A stretch of 64,000 bases of DNA, taken from assembly GCA_965204565.1 (NCBI GenBank), contig CBDBEU010000005.1, positions 516,366 to 580,365 of the forward strand, in the 5' to 3' direction. Made by a program: the position numbers and the translations under genes. The notes beneath the pieces are model-generated. The model did not search any database. It saw only the letters and a list, made by a program, of their open reading frames with translations, and was not told the DNA's origin. The stretch is from Hyphomicrobiales bacterium (GTDB taxonomy: Bacteria; Pseudomonadota; Alphaproteobacteria; Rhizobiales; TMED25). How positions within the stretch are numbered: position 1 is the stretch's first letter; each line of letters begins with the position of its first letter. This document shows positions 1-7,661 of this stretch, piece by piece.

Positions 1-283
1 CACCCAGCTTGAACTGGGCACCGGCAAGCCCCTGTTCGGCAGCAAGCGTATACCACTTCACTGCAGTCTCGTCATCCTGCGGGACACCCTTTCCAGTGGC
101 ATACATATAACCCAGATTGAACTGGGCACGGGCATCCCCCTGTTCGGCAAGGGGCGTCCATTCCTTGAGTGCGGTCGCAAAGTCGCCGTTCTCAAAGGCA
201 GCAACACCTTTATCAAGCTCCGCGCTACATCCAGGGAATGAGATGAGTGACAGCAGCAGAGGTATGATCAATAAAGTTTTCAT
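1..283 (-). CDS. Sel1-repeat secreted protein, N-terminal part (gene continues beyond window start)
   Basis: ATG at 283 (cat at 281-283). Signal-peptide-like MKTLLIIPLLLSLISFPGCS is followed by Sel1-type 36-aa repeats. Paralog of 2109..3788 with the same upstream 60 bp and IS remnant. Confidence 0.8.
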   Translation of the reverse strand, partial: MKTLLIIPLLLSLISFPGCSAELDKGVAAFENGDFATALKEWTPLAEQGDARAQFNLGYMYATGKGVPQDDETAVKWYTLAAEQGLAGAQFKLG

Positions 284-343
284 GGCGGAACGATAGGTCG
301 CCTTTTTTCAAGTGTAAAGACATGTGAACGCACCACGATATTT

Positions 344-711
344 TGAGGTGGTCCTGCTTTTTCGACCGATTTGCAGCCTTTCCAGGATGGATCGGGGTTT
401 CACATCAGGCTGCCATTCTCATGGGTTCGGTTTTGCCGGCATGGACCTCGTCGGGGGTCGAGATGCCGTGGGTGGAGTGTGGACGCTCGGCGTTGTAGCA
501 GGCCGGCCTTCGCTTCCGGGCCCGTCTCAAAGGCATGCAGATAGACGCACTCGTAGTTGAGGGACAGCCATGGGCGCTCGATCATCCTGTTGTCGATGCG
601 GGACCTTTGCCATCCATGCCGATCTCGATCTTCGCGAGGACGACCTGAAAACACTTCATCCGCTTCCGAGAGCAGGCAAACATCTGCGCATCGTGAAACA
701 GTAAGTGCATA
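344..711 (-). mobile_element. IS3-family transposase (OrfB) 3' remnant with IS end, frameshifted
   Basis: Minus-strand translation gives ...IDNRMIERPWLSLNYECVYLHAFETG... and, in another frame, YNAERPHSTHGISTPDEVHAGKTEP, the typical IS3 OrfB C-terminus. Near-identical copy at 3850..4215. Confidence 0.7.
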
Positions 712-1226
712 CGCTGAGGATCTTGCGGCAGTGGTGCCCGGTGGCACGCTGATCTATGATTCGAGCTGGCCGCGACAGTTCGAGCGTGACGATATCGATG
801 TTATCGGCATCCCAATTGCAAAACTCGTGGCCAAAACTTTCCACGACGCGCGCCAACGCCAGCTTTTCAAGAACATCGCCTATCTTGGCGCACTGTCGCT
901 GTTGCTCAACATTGATGTCGAAGTGGTCACCGGCCTGCGGCTGCAGACACCTGTCATCGTATTGAGTGATCTTGATATCGGCATGAATGATTGGGTCGTC
1001 GGCCCCCTGCAATGGGAAAAGGACCGCGAGCACGACCGCGGCAAACTGCTTGACGCCGAAGCGCTGATCACCGACTTCGCCCGCTACCGCGATGTTGACG
1101 GTGATGGCATTGGCTACCGCACAGCTCCGGGTACACATCCGGATCGCGGAGCCTTCTTCACCCGCGGCACCTCGCACAATGAGTGCGGTCGCAGCCCCCC
1201 TCACCGTGGCCTGACGGTCCAGCATG
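712..1226 (+). pseudogene. korA: 2-oxoglutarate:ferredoxin oxidoreductase alpha subunit remnant (5' truncated by the IS3 remnant, internal deletions)
   Basis: Contains LIYDSSWPRQFERDDIDVIGIPIAKL...KNIAYLGALSLLLNIDVEVV, then jumps to PVIVLSDLDIGMNDW...YRDVDGDGIGYRTAPGTHPDRGAFFTRGTSHNE. Only about 170 of an expected ~600 aa remain. Confidence 0.7.
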
Positions 1227-1838
1227 ACCTACATCAAGAAACCGCTGTTCAAGCACCCCAACCTGACGCGCAATGCCCTGGGTCTTACCCACCGCGACTA
1301 TGAAGGTGTGGTCTCCACTCTATGTGCAGGCTGTGGCCACGATTCGGTCACCGCTGCGATTGTCGAAGCCTGCTACGAACTGGCAGTGCCGCCGCACCGT
1401 GTCGCCAAGCTTTCAGGCATTGGCTGCTCATCAAAGACCACCAATTATTTCATGAGCCGGTCGCATGGTTTCAATTCGGTTCATGGCCGCATGCCTTCGA
1501 TCGCCACCGGTGCCAATCTTGCCAATCGCGATCTCCTCTATGTCGGTGTATCCGGAGACGGCGATACCGCATCAATCGGTCTGGGTCAGTTCTGCCACGC
1601 CATACGCAGACGACTCGACATGGTCTATATCGTTGAAAACAACGGCACCTATGGCCTCACCAAGGGTCAGTTTTCCGCCACCAACGACCGCAACTCCAGG
1701 AGCAGGCGCGGTGCCGAAACGCCATTTGATGCGATCGATCTCGCAGTCCTGGCTATCGAGCTCGGCGCAGGCTTCGTTGCGCGCTCATTCTCCGGAGACA
1801 AGCAGCAGCTGGTGCCTTTGATCAAGGCAGCCATATAA
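1224..1838 (+). pseudogene. korB: 2-oxoglutarate:ferredoxin oxidoreductase beta subunit, 3'-truncated
   Basis: MTYIKKPLFKHPNL...CAGCGHDSV...YVGVSGDGDTASIGLGQF...IVENNGTYGLTKGQ, ending abruptly at ...LIKAAI* where homologs continue. An AT-rich foreign segment starts at 1839. Confidence 0.8.
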
Positions 1839-2108
1839 CCCGTTTAAGATTACAGTTAAAGTGACGTGGGTGGACGGTTCAATAGTTCAGGGAACAGATG
1901 TAAATGTGATTGATGATAAAATAGTCCAAAATCCTATAAAATCTATTTTTATGCCAAACGTAACATCATTTGAAGTTGCGGGTTCACGATGACGTTCGAG
2001 AAGTGTTTGGGGGGCATCAATTGGGATTGTTGGGAGATTGGGCAGCACGGATAGAACCGTCACACCATGATTGAAGTGTAACCGGGGAGAAAAGGAAACG
2101 AAACCGTA

Positions 2109-3788
2109 TCAACACCCTTTGTAGTTCTTGGCAACACATTCATCGGCCAGTTTCTGAGCCGCAGAGATATCGGCAGAAGTCATTTCCCTTGCTATAATAT
2201 CTATCTTTTCAGCCGCATATTCATCCCCGGATGATGATGCTACATTCCACCACATATGGGCATGTATGAGATCCTGCGGGACACCCTCTCCATTGTAATA
2301 CATACTACCCACAATGAGCTGGGCCTTGGCATCCCCCTGTTCGGCAGCAAGCGTATACCACTTCACTGCAGTCTCGTCATCCTGCGGGACACCGTCTCCA
2401 GTGTAATACATCAAACCCAGACTGAACTGGGCCTTGGCATGCCCCTGTTTGGCAGCAAGCGTATACCACTTCACTGCAGTCTCGTAATCCTGCGGGACAC
2501 CCTCTCCAGTGCGATACATCACACCCAGACTGAACTGGGCCTCGGCAAGCCCCTGTTCGGCAGCAAGTGTAAACCACTTCACTGCAGTCTCGTCATCCTG
2601 CGGGACACCCTTTCCAGTGTGATACATCAAAGCCAGATTGTGCTGGGCCTCGGCAAGCCCCTGTTCGGCAGCAAGTGTATTCCACTTCACTGCAGTCTTG
2701 TAATCCTGCGGGACACCCTCTCCAGTGCCATACATACTACCAAGATTGAGCTGGGCCTCGGCATCCCCCTGTTCGGCAGCAAGCGTAAACCACTTCACTG
2801 CAGTCTCGTCATCCTCCGGGACACCCTCTCCATTATCGTACATCAAACCCAGATTGAACTGGGCAAAGGCAAGCCCCTGTTCGGCAGCAAGCGTATACCA
2901 CTTCACTGCAGTCTCGTCATCCTGCGGGACACCCTCTCCATTATCGTACATCACACCCAGCCTGAACTGGGCCTCGGCAAGCCCCTGTTCGGCAGCAAGC
3001 GTAAACCACTTCACTGCAGTCTCGTCATCCTGCGGGACACCCTTTCCAGTGTGATACATTTTACCCAGATTGAACTGGGCACCGGCAAGCCCCTGTTCGG
3101 CAGCAAGCGTATACCACTTCACTGCAGTCTCGTAATCCTGCGGGACACCCTCTCCAGTGCGATACATACTACCCAGATTGAACCGGGCCTCGGCATCCCC
3201 CTGTTCGGCAGCAAGCGTATACCACTTCACTGCAGTCTCATAATCCTGCGGGACACCCTCTCCGAAGATGAAGTCAGTGAGATACATATTACCCAGATTG
3301 AGCTGAGCCTCGACAAGCCCCTGTTCGGCAGCAAGCGTAAACCACTTCACTGCAGTCTTGTAATCCTGCGGGACACCCTCTCCAATGTCATACATCACAC
3401 CCAGATTGTACTGGGCCTTGGCAATCCCCTGTTCGGCAGCAAGCGTAAACCACTTCACTGCAGTCTCGTCATCCTCCGGGACACCCTCTCCAGTGAGATG
3501 CCTCACACCCAGATTGAACTGGGCCTCGGCAAGCCCCTGTTCGGCAGCAAGCTTAAACCACTTCCCTGCAGTCTCGTCATCCTGCGGGACACCCTTTCCA
3601 GTGTCATACATCACACCCAGCTTGAACTGGGCCTCGGCAATCCCCTGTTCGGCAAGGGGCGTCAATTCCTTGAGTGCGGTCGCAAAGTCGCCGTTATCAA
3701 AGGCAGCAACACCTTTATCAAGCTCCGCGCTCCAACCGGGGAATGAGATGAGTGACAGCAGCAGAGATATGATCAATAAAGCTTTCAT
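2109..3788 (-). CDS. Secreted Sel1-repeat (SLR/TPR-like) protein, 13 repeats, 559 aa
   Basis: Complete ORF with signal peptide MKALLIISLLLSLISFPGWSA. It has 13 tandem units of the form AEAQFNLGVMYxxGEGVPQDDETAVKWFTLAAEQGL and a C-terminus ...ECVAKNYKGC. Confidence 0.9.
   Translation of the reverse strand: MKALLIISLLLSLISFPGWSAELDKGVAAFDNGDFATALKELTPLAEQGIAEAQFKLGVMYDTGKGVPQDDETAGKWFKLAAEQGLAEAQFNLGVRHLTGEGVPEDDETAVKWFTLAAEQGIAKAQYNLGVMYDIGEGVPQDYKTAVKWFTLAAEQGLVEAQLNLGNMYLTDFIFGEGVPQDYETAVKWYTLAAEQGDAEARFNLGSMYRTGEGVPQDYETAVKWYTLAAEQGLAGAQFNLGKMYHTGKGVPQDDETAVKWFTLAAEQGLAEAQFRLGVMYDNGEGVPQDDETAVKWYTLAAEQGLAFAQFNLGLMYDNGEGVPEDDETAVKWFTLAAEQGDAEAQLNLGSMYGTGEGVPQDYKTAVKWNTLAAEQGLAEAQHNLALMYHTGKGVPQDDETAVKWFTLAAEQGLAEAQFSLGVMYRTGEGVPQDYETAVKWYTLAAKQGHAKAQFSLGLMYYTGDGVPQDDETAVKWYTLAAEQGDAKAQLIVGSMYYNGEGVPQDLIHAHMWWNVASSSGDEYAAEKIDIIAREMTSADISAAQKLADECVAKNYKGC
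2223..3638. repeat. Tandem 108-bp coding repeats (13 units, one with a 12-bp insertion) inside the Sel1 gene
   Basis: gcagcaagcgtataccacttcactgcagtctcgt(c/a)atcctgcgggacaccct recurs every 108 bp. The period matches the 36-aa Sel1 unit. Confidence 0.9.
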
Positions 3789-3849
3789 GGTGGAACCATA
3801 GGTCGCCTTTTTTCAAGTGTAAAGGCCTGTGAACGCGACCACGATATTT

Positions 3850-4215
3850 TGAGGTGGTCCTGCTTTTTCAACCGGTTTGCAGCCTTTCCAGGATGGATCG
3901 GGGTTTCACATCAGGCTGCCATTCTCATGGGTTCGGTTTTGCCGGCATGGACCTCGTCGGGGGTCGAGATGCCGTGGGTGGAGTGTGGACGCTCGGCGTT
4001 GTAGCAGGACGGCCTTCGCTTCCGGGCCCGTCTCAAAGGCATGCAGATAGACGCACGCGTAGTTGAGGGACAGCCATGGGCGCTCGATCATCCTGTTGTC
4101 GATGCGGGACCTTTGCCATCCATGCCGATCTCGATCTTCGCGAGGACGACCTGAAAACACTTCATCCGCTTCCGAGAGCAGGCAAACATCTGCGCATCGT
4201 GAAACAGTAAGTGCA
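3850..4215 (-). mobile_element. Second copy of the IS3-family OrfB 3' remnant
   Basis: Near-identical to 344..711 (the ORFs at 3854..4066 and 4063..4299 translate like 324..560 and 557..). The inner breakpoint ...cgtgaaacagtaagtgca is the same in both copies. Confidence 0.7.
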
Positions 4216-4299
4216 GTTGCAGGTGGGCCCGCTTCGGATCAATGTCCTTTGCCGGGACTGGAAGCGCGCGGCCCGGAAAACTATCCGCTGCTAGATTGA

Positions 4300-4550
4300 T
4301 ATTTCCAGATCGTGTGATCGAGGCTGAGGGGCGTCCGGCGACCGCCACGACGCAGCGCATGGACGATCCCGCTCGGCACACGACGATCATCAACGCACTT
4401 CCTGCCGCGCACATCGGTCGGCAGAAGCGGCGCGATCAGAGCCGCCGAGAATCGGAAAACCAGAAGAAATCATACATCTCGTTACCTCCTCACCGGAGGC
4501 AATGAACCATCCTCAGATCAAATCGGGAAGACGGTCATTGGGGCCGGACC
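4300..4550 (-). mobile_element. IS5-family (IS427-type) left-end fragment with transposase N-terminus
   Basis: Inverted copy of 42259..42560. Terminal sequence is ggggccggacc followed by CTAG (4551-4554). The translation resembles ...RIAPLLP...VDDRRV..GIVH.LR of IS427-group transposases. Confidence 0.65.
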
Positions 4551-4601
4551 CTAGAGAGTTTGAGCTGCGTGCTAACCTTGACTCTAACCCGTTGAAATGA
4601 A

Positions 4602-4678
4602 TGGTACCGCTGCCCCGGTTCGAACGGGGGACCTCTTGATCCACAATCAAGCGCTCTAACCAGCTGAGCTACAGCGGC
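4602..4678 (-). tRNA. tRNA-His (anticodon GTG), CCA encoded, A73, no genomically encoded G-1
   Basis: Manual cloverleaf: acceptor GCCGCTG/CAGCGGT, D arm GCTC-AGCTGGTTA-GAGC, anticodon arm CTTGA-TTGTGGA-TCAAG, T arm CCCCG-TTCGAAC-CGGGG, then ACCA. The base before position 1 is C. Confidence 0.9.
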
Positions 4679-4862
4679 GCCGTTGTTTGCCGGTGATAAC
4701 CGGCTTTGCGTCTTCTTTCACACCGCCCGGGGCCGATCGTCAAGGGCGGCGGCATGGCTGGCGACCGGCATCAGCTTGTCCAATCCGGCAACGCGGCGAT
4801 GGCGATGGTGGTGGAACATGGCATAGACTTGCGACAAACCACACCAGCACAATGGGACCGAG

Positions 4863-5168
4863 ATGGGTATCGACACCGCCACCGACAAGGAAAGCGAACT
4901 GCGCATCGGCCCGACCAGCGAAGGCATGGTGCGCATCTATGTGCTTTCCGAGGATGTCGACATGCCGATGGATTTCGCGCCCGAGGATGCTCTTGAAATC
5001 GCAGCCGGGCTGACTGCCGCCGCCGGGGCGGCCCGGCAGGCTTCAACGCAAGGTGCCAAAAAGGCGCGCAAGCGCGAGACCGCAGCGGTTAGGGGGCAGT
5101 ACACCGATCCCGTACACAGCGCTGTGTCAAAGGGCTCGTCGCAGGACGAAAGCCTATGTTATCCTTAA
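4863..5168 (+). CDS. Small conserved hypothetical protein
   Basis: ORF MGIDTATDKESELRIGPTSEGMVRIYVLSEDVDMPMDFAPEDALEIAAGL... has protein-like composition. Its stop TAA lies in the TTAA target of the adjacent IS1380-derived element. Confidence 0.4.
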   Translation: MGIDTATDKESELRIGPTSEGMVRIYVLSEDVDMPMDFAPEDALEIAAGLTAAAGAARQASTQGAKKARKRETAAVRGQYTDPVHSAVSKGSSQDESLCYP

Positions 5169-5875
5169 CCCGCATTTCCCATATGGCTCCATTGATTGAT
5201 GTGATTGATCGTTGGTTCTGTGATGAGAACCAATGTCTTGAGCGCATTTTGGGGCGCGGCATATGGCGAACCCGGCGGGTGAACCGGTTGACGGGCCTCT
5301 TCGGCTCGGTTTCGACCGCCGCCTGAAGCTCGGGTTCCACGGTTCCGGAATCACCACCGACGCCGGATGGCCGGCCTGCCGCGGGCTTGATGACGTGCTC
5401 GGCTTGACGGACATGGCCGGCCATGAGCCTGTCGATCCGCGCACCGGCAAGGACGGTCGGCACGCGATGACGGGATTGTTTCGCCGATCCGTCTTTGGCC
5501 GCCTCGGTGGCCATGAGGACGTAAACGACGCTGACCGCCCGGGATGCGATCCCGCGATGCGATGGATTGTCGGCGGGCGCGCCGTAGCCGGTCAGGCGAT
5601 GGTCGCCGACCGGCGTGAAGGAGAAGCCGATCAGGATCGGCGCCGGGATCGTCACACACGGCCGGTATGTCACGTTCCGGTTGTCATGCAGTCCGGCAAG
5701 AACCACGGGCGAGGTGTGTCCTGATGACGACGAAATCGGCAATCCCGGCGCGATATACGCCGGCGTCACCGTTCTCGATGTCCCTCGATCCCCACGGCGA
5801 TGGTCCGGAGTTGCAGATGTCCGCCCGTGGAGGCAATATCGGCTCGACGATGGCCGTCATTCCGTGAATGTCGGG
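5169..5875 (+). mobile_element. IS1380-family internally deleted (non-autonomous) element flanked by a TTAA duplication
   Basis: Transposase N-terminus LRLGFDRRLKLGFHGSGITTDAGWPACRGLDDVLGLTDMAG...DPAMRWIVGG, then a deletion. Imperfect terminal inverted repeats CCCGCATTTCCC / CCCGACATTCAC. TTAA at 5165-5168 and 5876-5879. Confidence 0.7.
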
Positions 5876-5915
5876 TTAAATGACTTCCCAAATTCGATCG
5901 TCCTTGAGGCACACC

Positions 5916-5943
5916 CTTGATTCCTCCAGATCTGTACTTATCT
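5916..5943 (+). promoter_or_regulatory. Putative RpoH (sigma32)-type heat-shock promoter for hsp20
   Basis: CTTG (5916-5919), 17-nt spacer, CTTATCT (5937-5943). This resembles the alphaproteobacterial CTTG-N17-CYTAT consensus, about 95 nt upstream of the hsp20 ATG. Confidence 0.35.
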
Positions 5944-5944
5944 A

Positions 5945-6039
5945 GGCATCGAAGGCGCCCTTTGCGGGCCTTCGAACTGATGCCCGGCAAATTGGTTGCG
6001 GGCAAATTTCCATATCGCTCAACAGGAGGATGTGTGATG
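5945..6039 (+). promoter_or_regulatory. ROSE-like RNA thermometer in the hsp20 5' UTR
   Basis: Three predicted hairpins: ggcatcgaaggcgccc...gggccttcgaactgatgcc, gcccggcaaattggttgcgggc, and a final hairpin AUCGCUC-AACAG-GGAGGAU. In the final hairpin a U(C)GCU motif pairs with the SD (6025-6030), leaving one bulged G. Confidence 0.5.
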
Positions 6040-6486
6040 CGAGCTTTTGATCTCTCCCCCCTTTACAAGAACACCATTGGCTTTGATCGCCTGGGCCAGC
6101 TCATGGACCAGGTCAACGTCGACAGCACCAATGGGTATCCGCCCTACAATATCGAGCGTCTCGGTGAGCAGGAATACCGCATTACCATGGCGGTTTCCGG
6201 CTTTGGCGAAAGCGACATCGAAATCGAAGTCAAGGAAGACACGCTGAACGTCTCCGGCAAGCAGGCGCAGGAAGCAGAAGAGCGCGACTATCTCTATCAG
6301 GGGATTGCAGCGCGCGCCTTTGAGCGCCGTTTCCGCCTCGCCGATCATGTTCAGGTCAATGGCGCACGTCTCGAAAACGGTCTCCTGCACATCGATCTTG
6401 TGCGTGAAATCCCCGAGGCACTCAAGCCCCGTAAGATCGAAATTGGCTCCGGCAGGGTGATCGAGTCGAAGGGCAAGGCGGTCTGA
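6037..6486 (+). CDS. Small heat shock protein, Hsp20/alpha-crystallin family (IbpA-like)
   Basis: MRAFDLSPLYKNTIGFDRL...GYPPYNIERLGEQEYRITMAVSGFGESDIEIEVKEDTLNVSGK...RRFRLADHVQVNGARLENGLLHIDL. RBS AGGAGGA at 6024-6030. Confidence 0.9.
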   Translation: MRAFDLSPLYKNTIGFDRLGQLMDQVNVDSTNGYPPYNIERLGEQEYRITMAVSGFGESDIEIEVKEDTLNVSGKQAQEAEERDYLYQGIAARAFERRFRLADHVQVNGARLENGLLHIDLVREIPEALKPRKIEIGSGRVIESKGKAV

Positions 6487-6524
6487 ACAAAGACTGGCTT
6501 CATCTTGACCGGTACCACCAATGC

Positions 6525-6557
6525 GGGGCGCTCCCTTCGGGGAGCGCCCTTTCAATT
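6525..6557 (+). terminator. Intrinsic terminator downstream of hsp20
   Basis: GC-rich stem gggcgctccc / gggagcgccc with loop ttcg, followed by tttcaatt. Confidence 0.6.
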
Positions 6558-6584
6558 GGCGGCTAAATTAAAACGCCGTGGCGA

Positions 6585-7661
6585 TCAGGCCGGGCCGGCA
6601 AGCTCTCCCGCTGCCGATAGCAGCGCCTCTACATCGCTTTCTGCCGTCTGGAACGATGTCACCATGCGCACGAAGCACTCATCATCCACCGGCATGTGGT
6701 TGGTGCCTTCAAGCCCGCGTGTGGTCCAATCATGGAATTCGCCCCCGCGTGCGCGCAAATCTTCGGCAAGCCGGCTTGGCATGATTGCAAACACTTCATT
6801 GGCTTCCACCGGCCAGGGCAGGCGGACATTCGCCATCGCGCCAAGCCCTCCTCCCAGCCGGAACGCCATTGCATTGGCATGGGAGGCAAGCCGCAGCCAT
6901 AGATTGTCGCTCAGATAGGCTTCAAGCTGGGCTGCGACAAATCGCATCTTGGACAGCAGCAATCCGCCGCGTTTGCGCCGATAGACCAGATCCTGACCGA
7001 TAGCCTGGTTGAATACGATAATCGCTTCCGCCGCGATGGCTCCGTTCTTGGTGGCGCCGAATGAGAGAATATCGACCCCGGCACGCCACGTGACATCGGC
7101 GGGAGCGGCGCCAAGTCCGGCCACCGCATTGGCAAAGCGTGCTCCGTCCATATGCACCGTGAGATTTGCGCCATGCGCCAGTTCTGAAAGTGCGGCAATA
7201 TCGTCTGCACGATAAATCGTTCCGCATTCGCTCGACTGGGTGAGGCTGACCGCAGAGGGAATCAAATCGTGGCGCAGTCCGGGATACTGGTCGAGAGCCG
7301 CCTTGAGGCCGTCCGGTGTCATGCGGCCTGAAAAACCGCCAACCGGCACCAGCCGTGCACCGTTGGAATAGAATTCAACCGCGCCGCATTCCTCCAGAAA
7401 TATGTGGCTTTCGTCATGGCAGAACACCGCGCCATGGGCCGGCGTCAGCGTTGCCACCGAGAGCGCGTTGGCAGCGGTACCGCTCGGCACCAGAAGCACA
7501 TCGACATCGCACTCGAAAATATCGCGCTGGCGCTGATGAACACGCGCTGTCCATTCATCACCGCCATAAGATGCCGCAGCGCCGTGATTGGCGTCGGTGA
7601 CCGCGGCGATGATGTCATCGGCGACGCCGTGGCAATTGTCGCTGGAAAAATTCACCCTCAA
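6585..7661 (-). CDS. ltaE: Low-specificity L-threonine aldolase (beta-eliminating lyase family, PLP-dependent)
   Basis: 358 aa: FSSDNCHGV...VPSGTAANAL...SLTQSSECGTIY...HMDGARFANA...SFGATKNG. Confidence 0.8.
   Translation of the reverse strand: MRVNFSSDNCHGVADDIIAAVTDANHGAAASYGGDEWTARVHQRQRDIFECDVDVLLVPSGTAANALSVATLTPAHGAVFCHDESHIFLEECGAVEFYSNGARLVPVGGFSGRMTPDGLKAALDQYPGLRHDLIPSAVSLTQSSECGTIYRADDIAALSELAHGANLTVHMDGARFANAVAGLGAAPADVTWRAGVDILSFGATKNGAIAAEAIIVFNQAIGQDLVYRRKRGGLLLSKMRFVAAQLEAYLSDNLWLRLASHANAMAFRLGGGLGAMANVRLPWPVEANEVFAIMPSRLAEDLRARGGEFHDWTTRGLEGTNHMPVDDECFVRMVTSFQTAESDVEALLSAAGELAGPA

Noticed and set aside
2223-3638. Regular repeat array considered as a possible CRISPR
   Set aside because: The repeats are contiguous with no unique spacers. 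The period is 108 bp and in frame with a coding sequence, and no cas genes or leader are present.
2256-3746. 496-aa plus-strand ORF antisense to the Sel1-repeat gene
   Set aside because: It is a mirror artefact of the 108-bp repeat periodicity. The translation is a monotonous repeat (LRDTLS..IH.TQ.ELGLG.PLFGSKR.PLHCSLVI) with no signal, start context or family resemblance, whereas the minus-strand product is a textbook Sel1 protein with a signal peptide.
5917-6036. N-terminal extension of the hsp20 ORF (189-aa version)
   Set aside because: Hsp20 homology starts at the ATG at 6037, which has a strong AGGAGGA RBS. The extension covers the predicted promoter and ROSE-like leader.
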